From Acidobacteriota bacterium (GTDB lineage Bacteria > Acidobacteriota > UBA6911 > RPQK01 > JAJDTT01), in contig CBDCJH010000002.1 in NCBI GenBank assembly GCA_965217775.1, positions 4,704,001 through 4,768,000 of the forward strand: DNA of 64,000 nt, read 5' to 3'. The translations under genes and the position numbers were made by a program. A model generated the notes under the pieces. It was not told the DNA's origin, ran no database searches, and was given only the letters and a program-made list of their open reading frames with translations. This document shows positions 60,088 to 64,000 of the stretch, piece by piece. The stretch's first letter is position 1; every line of letters begins with the position of its first letter.

Positions 60088-60838
60088 ATGCGCGGGCTCT
60101 CTCGCATTTTGGATCCGAATACCAAGCATCACTGTCTTCCGCCGTCAGACGGTAGGCGCGCGCGGCGGCGAACCGGGGTTCTCCCAGATCCTCCAGCCGG
60201 AACGGATCGAACGGCAGGTGCGGGAAACGAAACACCGTGGATCGTTCGCCCTCGATCATCCGCCGCGGTACCTCGAAGCGGGATGGACTCAGCGAGAAGC
60301 CGGTGCCCAAGGCCTTGATGAGCGCCTCCTTCAGGCTCCAGAGCCGGTAGAACAGATCCGTCTTCTCGCTTCCGGCGGCCGCGGACAGGGCGAGTCGTTC
60401 CCACGGACCGTAAACCCTGCTCCCGATGCCGTCGAAATCCCTGCCGGGAACGCGCACCTCCAGATCCACCCCGAGTCCATCCCGTCTCGCGAACCCGATC
60501 AGTCCGTGCCGGCCGCTGTGGCTCACATTGAAGTTCGCGCCCGACGGAACGCCGTTCACTTTCGCGAACGGCTTGCCGTGCTTGAGATAGCCGAAGGACA
60601 GTTCCCGGTTGGAACACCTTAGCCGATCGCAGAGGTTGATCCTGAGCGCCGCGCGGCAAAGCGCAAACTGACGCCGAGCGCCCTTGACCGCGAACCGGTT
60701 CCACCGCGCCTGCTCGTCGTCATCGAGTACCGTCAAGGCCCGTTCTTCGGAGTCGGGGTCGGACCGGAGGTCGACGTGCAGGATGAGCGAGGTCTCGTCC
60801 TCGCGCCAGGGACTCCACCAAGCGCCGGCGGCGGTCAT
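60083..60838 (-). CDS. 4'-phosphopantetheinyl transferase (Sfp-type)
   Basis: GKP, FNVSHSG, LGVDLE, WSLKEALIKALGTG; ATGA overlap with upstream gene. Confidence 0.92.
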   Translation of the reverse strand: MTAAGAWWSPWREDETSLILHVDLRSDPDSEERALTVLDDDEQARWNRFAVKGARRQFALCRAALRINLCDRLRCSNRELSFGYLKHGKPFAKVNGVPSGANFNVSHSGRHGLIGFARRDGLGVDLEVRVPGRDFDGIGSRVYGPWERLALSAAAGSEKTDLFYRLWSLKEALIKALGTGFSLSPSRFEVPRRMIEGERSTVFRFPHLPFDPFRLEDLGEPRFAAARAYRLTAEDSDAWYSDPKCERARAS

Positions 60839-61704
60839 CGAATGGTCGCTCCCCGGGGCGCCAGGGTCACTTCCCGCAGGTAGGCGCCGACCCCCCGCCG
60901 GCGGTCCCACTGCTGCGGATACCCCAGGGACACCTCTCGGAAAGGCACTCCGTCAAGCCACTGGGTGCCCCGGATGTGAAGGTGGCCGTAAACCACCGCG
61001 CATGCGTTGAAGCGGCGGTGCCAACCCCGGGTCCTGCGGGTCCCGCACCACGGAGTGAATCGGGGAACCCGCGGCAACACGGCGAGTTGTTCTTCAAGCG
61101 GAAAGTGATTGATCAGGATCTTGGGAAGTTCCGCCGGACAGGACGCGAGCCGAGTGGCGGCGTCCTTGCAGCGCGCAGCGCACCACGAATCCCGATCCGG
61201 AAACGGGTCAGGACGCAGCATCAATTCGTCGGCGCAGACGGCGCCGGTTTCCCGGGCCCACCGAACCACCTCGTCACGCCGGACGTGCCGGGGCCGAAAG
61301 CTGTAGTCGTAGAGCAGGAACAGCGGCACGATCAGAACCGGCCCGTCCCGAAGTTCAACCACCGGGTAGGGATCCTCCCGGGTGAGAACGCCGTGGCAGC
61401 GAGCAATCCGGACGAGCCGCTCGTAGAGCGCGACGCCGCCAAGCCCGGGGGCCGCGTTGGGAATGGTCCAGAGTTCGTGGTTTCCGGGAACCCAGACGAC
61501 CTGGCGGAACTTCGGAGTCAGTCGCCGAAAACACCAGTCAAGTCGCCGCGCGCCGTGGGTCACGTCTCCTGCCAGGATCAGCCAGTCGTCGGGGAAGGCT
61601 TGAAGACTCTCCAGCGCTCCCCGGTTTTCCGGATGGGAGAGATGCAAGTCGGACAGCGCCCAGATACGCAACGGATTACCGTCCGGGACAATCGAGCGAG
61701 ACAT
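60835..61704 (-). CDS. Metallophosphoesterase, PptH (Rv2795c)-like phosphopantetheine hydrolase
   Basis: SDLH, AGDV, PGNHELW, LYDYSF, NHFPL, WCGT, YGHLH, EVSLGYP. Confidence 0.85.
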   Translation of the reverse strand: MSRSIVPDGNPLRIWALSDLHLSHPENRGALESLQAFPDDWLILAGDVTHGARRLDWCFRRLTPKFRQVVWVPGNHELWTIPNAAPGLGGVALYERLVRIARCHGVLTREDPYPVVELRDGPVLIVPLFLLYDYSFRPRHVRRDEVVRWARETGAVCADELMLRPDPFPDRDSWCAARCKDAATRLASCPAELPKILINHFPLEEQLAVLPRVPRFTPWCGTRRTRGWHRRFNACAVVYGHLHIRGTQWLDGVPFREVSLGYPQQWDRRRGVGAYLREVTLAPRGATIR

Positions 61705-61800
61705 CAGCGCGCATTTCGCCGGGATCGTAGCCGGAGGGTCCCGCCGAGTCAATCTCCGCCGGGGTCGCCACGGGCACCACCCATCCGGTCAAGGAGGCAA

Positions 61801-61843
61801 GCAGGCGACGGAAAAGAGGGCGGCCACCAGGGCCGCCCCTACG
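61801..61843 (-). repeat. GTAG-type REP with flank; direct repeat of 60045-60087
   Basis: 40/43 identity to 60045-60087. Confidence 0.85.
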
Positions 61844-61861
61844 GTGGCGTACGGAACACCA

Positions 61862-63187
61862 TTAGATGTTCTCGGGAATCACCCACGGCTTCCGGTAGGT
61901 GCGCTTGAGATAGGCATTGGCCTCCGGAAAGTCGGTAAAGGTCTCGGTCTCGGGATCCAGGACCAGCCGCCGGTTGCCCACCCGGTAGGAGATGTTGGCC
62001 AGGTGGCAGAGCATGACGGACTGATGTCCGGTCTCCGCGTCGGCAGCCGGCTTCCGGCGGGTCCGGATGCAATCCACGAAATCGTCCTGGTGCTCCCGGT
62101 TCCCCTGGCGGCCGTATTCGGACCGCACCAGCTCGCCGTCGGCATCGTAGGCCTGCCAGCCGCCGCCGTGGCGACCGAAATACATGTACCCGTCGGTGCC
62201 CAGGATCTCCACCTTGGTGCTGCTGAAGGGCCAGTCGGGGAAGCGGTCGGAGTCTCGGACGACCCCGGGCGTCTTCTTCATGTAGGGCGTCCAGAGGGTC
62301 GACTGAATGGACAATGTGAGCCCGTCGTACTCGAAGAGCGCCATCTGGGTATCGGGCGTGTCCCGTCCGTCCCGCAAGGAGTAGATGGCTCCCTGATTGG
62401 AGGTCGTCCTGGGGGCGGGTGGATCGCCGATCAGGTAGCGGGCCATGTCCAACTGGTGGACCAGGTCTCCGGCGATGGGTCCGCAGCTATACTCCCAATA
62501 ATTCAACCAATACAGGCCGGGGTTGTACGGCTGCTTGGCGGCGGGACCACACCAGAGATCCCAATCCAGCCCGTCGGGGACCGGCCCGTCGGGAACCGGT
62601 TCCCGTTTGGGGTGCTGCATCATGTTGTACACCCGGACCAGATGCACGTCTCCCAGGTTGCCGGCGCGGATGTACTCCCGTGCCCGGTGGACGTAAGGCG
62701 TACTGCGGGTCTGCATTCCGACCTGGACGACGCGGCCGTACTTGCTCTCCGCCTCCACCATCTTCCGGCCCTCCCAGATGGAATGGGCCATGGGCTTCTC
62801 CACGAAGACGTCCTTTCCCGCCTGGCAGGCCAGGATGGTGCCCAGAGCATGCCAGTGGTCCGGCGTGGCGTTGACCAGGGCATCCACGCTGTCGTCGTCC
62901 AGGATCCTCCGGAAGTCCTGAACCAGCTTGGGGCGGGAGCGTTGGGACGCTTCCACCGCCTTCCGGGCCCGGTCGAAACGCCGGGTGTCGACGTCGCAGA
63001 GGTACGCGACCTCCACGTCCGAACGCTGGGCGAAGTTTTCGGCCAGCCGGGTGCCCCGGCCGCCCAGGCCCATGATGCCCACGACGACACGTTCGTTGGC
63101 CCCACGGACCGGGCCCTTGGACACCATGGCCAGGGAGGCGGCTCCAAGCGAGCCGGTCATGAATTTTCTACGGTCTAGCGATCGCAT
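61862..63187 (-). CDS. Tat-exported Gfo/Idh/MocA oxidoreductase
   Basis: DRRKF, GLGGRG, ATPDHWH, GKDVFVEKP, DWDLWCGPA. Confidence 0.9.
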   Translation of the reverse strand: MRSLDRRKFMTGSLGAASLAMVSKGPVRGANERVVVGIMGLGGRGTRLAENFAQRSDVEVAYLCDVDTRRFDRARKAVEASQRSRPKLVQDFRRILDDDSVDALVNATPDHWHALGTILACQAGKDVFVEKPMAHSIWEGRKMVEAESKYGRVVQVGMQTRSTPYVHRAREYIRAGNLGDVHLVRVYNMMQHPKREPVPDGPVPDGLDWDLWCGPAAKQPYNPGLYWLNYWEYSCGPIAGDLVHQLDMARYLIGDPPAPRTTSNQGAIYSLRDGRDTPDTQMALFEYDGLTLSIQSTLWTPYMKKTPGVVRDSDRFPDWPFSSTKVEILGTDGYMYFGRHGGGWQAYDADGELVRSEYGRQGNREHQDDFVDCIRTRRKPAADAETGHQSVMLCHLANISYRVGNRRLVLDPETETFTDFPEANAYLKRTYRKPWVIPENI

Positions 63188-63229
63188 AGAACTCCTCCAA
63201 TCTTTGCAACGAGCTGATACACGAATCTG

Positions 63230-64000
63230 TCACATCGGACCCGGTGTGCTCAACCGCTGAAGGTATTCCAGCAGGTCGGCCATGGCAGCGGGGTCGATCT
63301 CTTCCTCCAGACCCTCCGGCATGTTGGAGACGCTGGAGACCCGGAGCGTCGCGATATTGCTCCGGAGCAGGGTCTCCTCTTCCCCTTCCTCGCGCCGGAG
63401 GGTGACGGCGGTGGGACTCTCCCGGGCGATGACCCCGGTCACCGTAGCGCCGCTTCGAGTCTCGATGACGTAGGTTTCGTAGCCCGGCGCAATATTACGG
63501 TTGGGATCCAGGATCTTGGCGAGGAAGAACTGCTTGGGCCGCCGGACCACGTCCAGGAGATCGGGACCGACTTCGCTTCCCATGCCATCGAGAAGGTGGC
63601 ACCGGCTGCAATTCTCAAGAAAGATCTCTCTCCCCCTGGGAACCTCCCCCGTGGCCGACAGGGCGGGCTCGTACCGCTGGATCAATTCCTCACGGCCGTC
63701 GGACAGATCGCCGAACAACCCCTCGGCGCGCCGGCGAACCTCTTCATCCGGCGATTCGAGGAGCTGATTGATCCGGGGCCGGCCCAGGGTCCGGACCTCG
63801 ACTTCCTTTTCCTGGATACCGTCCAGGAGTGCGCTCACGAACTCCTTGCGGGCCAGGAAGCCGTCCCAGGCCGCCCTGCGGACCGGCTCGGTGATGTTTC
63901 CCCAATTGCGGAGCAGGAACGGGACAACTTCCGCGGTCCCCGTTTTGAGGAGGGATCGGGCGGCCGCGACCTGGACCTCGGGAGCCACCTGCGGTGTCAA
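63230..64000 (-). CDS. C-terminal part of a PVC-type haem-binding protein (truncated by window edge)
   Basis: CSRCH, VGPDL, ILDPN, SNMPEGLE. Confidence 0.85.
   Translation of the reverse strand: MTPQVAPEVQVAAARSLLKTGTAEVVPFLLRNWGNITEPVRRAAWDGFLARKEFVSALLDGIQEKEVEVRTLGRPRINQLLESPDEEVRRRAEGLFGDLSDGREELIQRYEPALSATGEVPRGREIFLENCSRCHLLDGMGSEVGPDLLDVVRRPKQFFLAKILDPNRNIAPGYETYVIETRSGATVTGVIARESPTAVTLRREEGEEETLLRSNIATLRVSSVSNMPEGLEEEIDPAAMADLLEYLQRLSTPGPM

Overview
High-GC bacterial chromosomal window, most consistent with Acidobacteriota (inferred from the fused LptF/LptG, an acidobacterial-type VWA protein and a FolD insertion), with many PVC/Planctomycete-type accessory families. Housekeeping content: lipB and lipA flanking a partial nuoA-I complex I cluster (no nuoJ-N), sirohaem genes, topA-dprA, an mqnA-namZ-CYTH-murU-amgK-asnS operon, folD and secA. 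Accessory content: PSD1/DUF1501 pair, glycoside-hydrolase-like proteins, a sulfatase, Gfo/Idh/MocA oxidoreductases, haem-c dehydrogenases and a PptH-like/PPTase pair. No rRNA, tRNA, CRISPR array or transposase was recognised. The most notable layer is non-coding. Three distinct MITE families (about 130-159 bp, 4-bp CTAG-like target duplications) are present; one copy disrupts an SDH/ClpP-fold protease and another sits at the nuoB stop codon. GGAG- and GTAG-type REP palindromes abut stop codons or are translated in frame inside proteins. Two small gene cassettes are bounded by repeats: the SDH protease island (GGGACAGTCT motifs) and the PptH-PPTase pair (43-bp direct repeats). All annotations come from reading the sequence and recognising motifs; no database searches were run.
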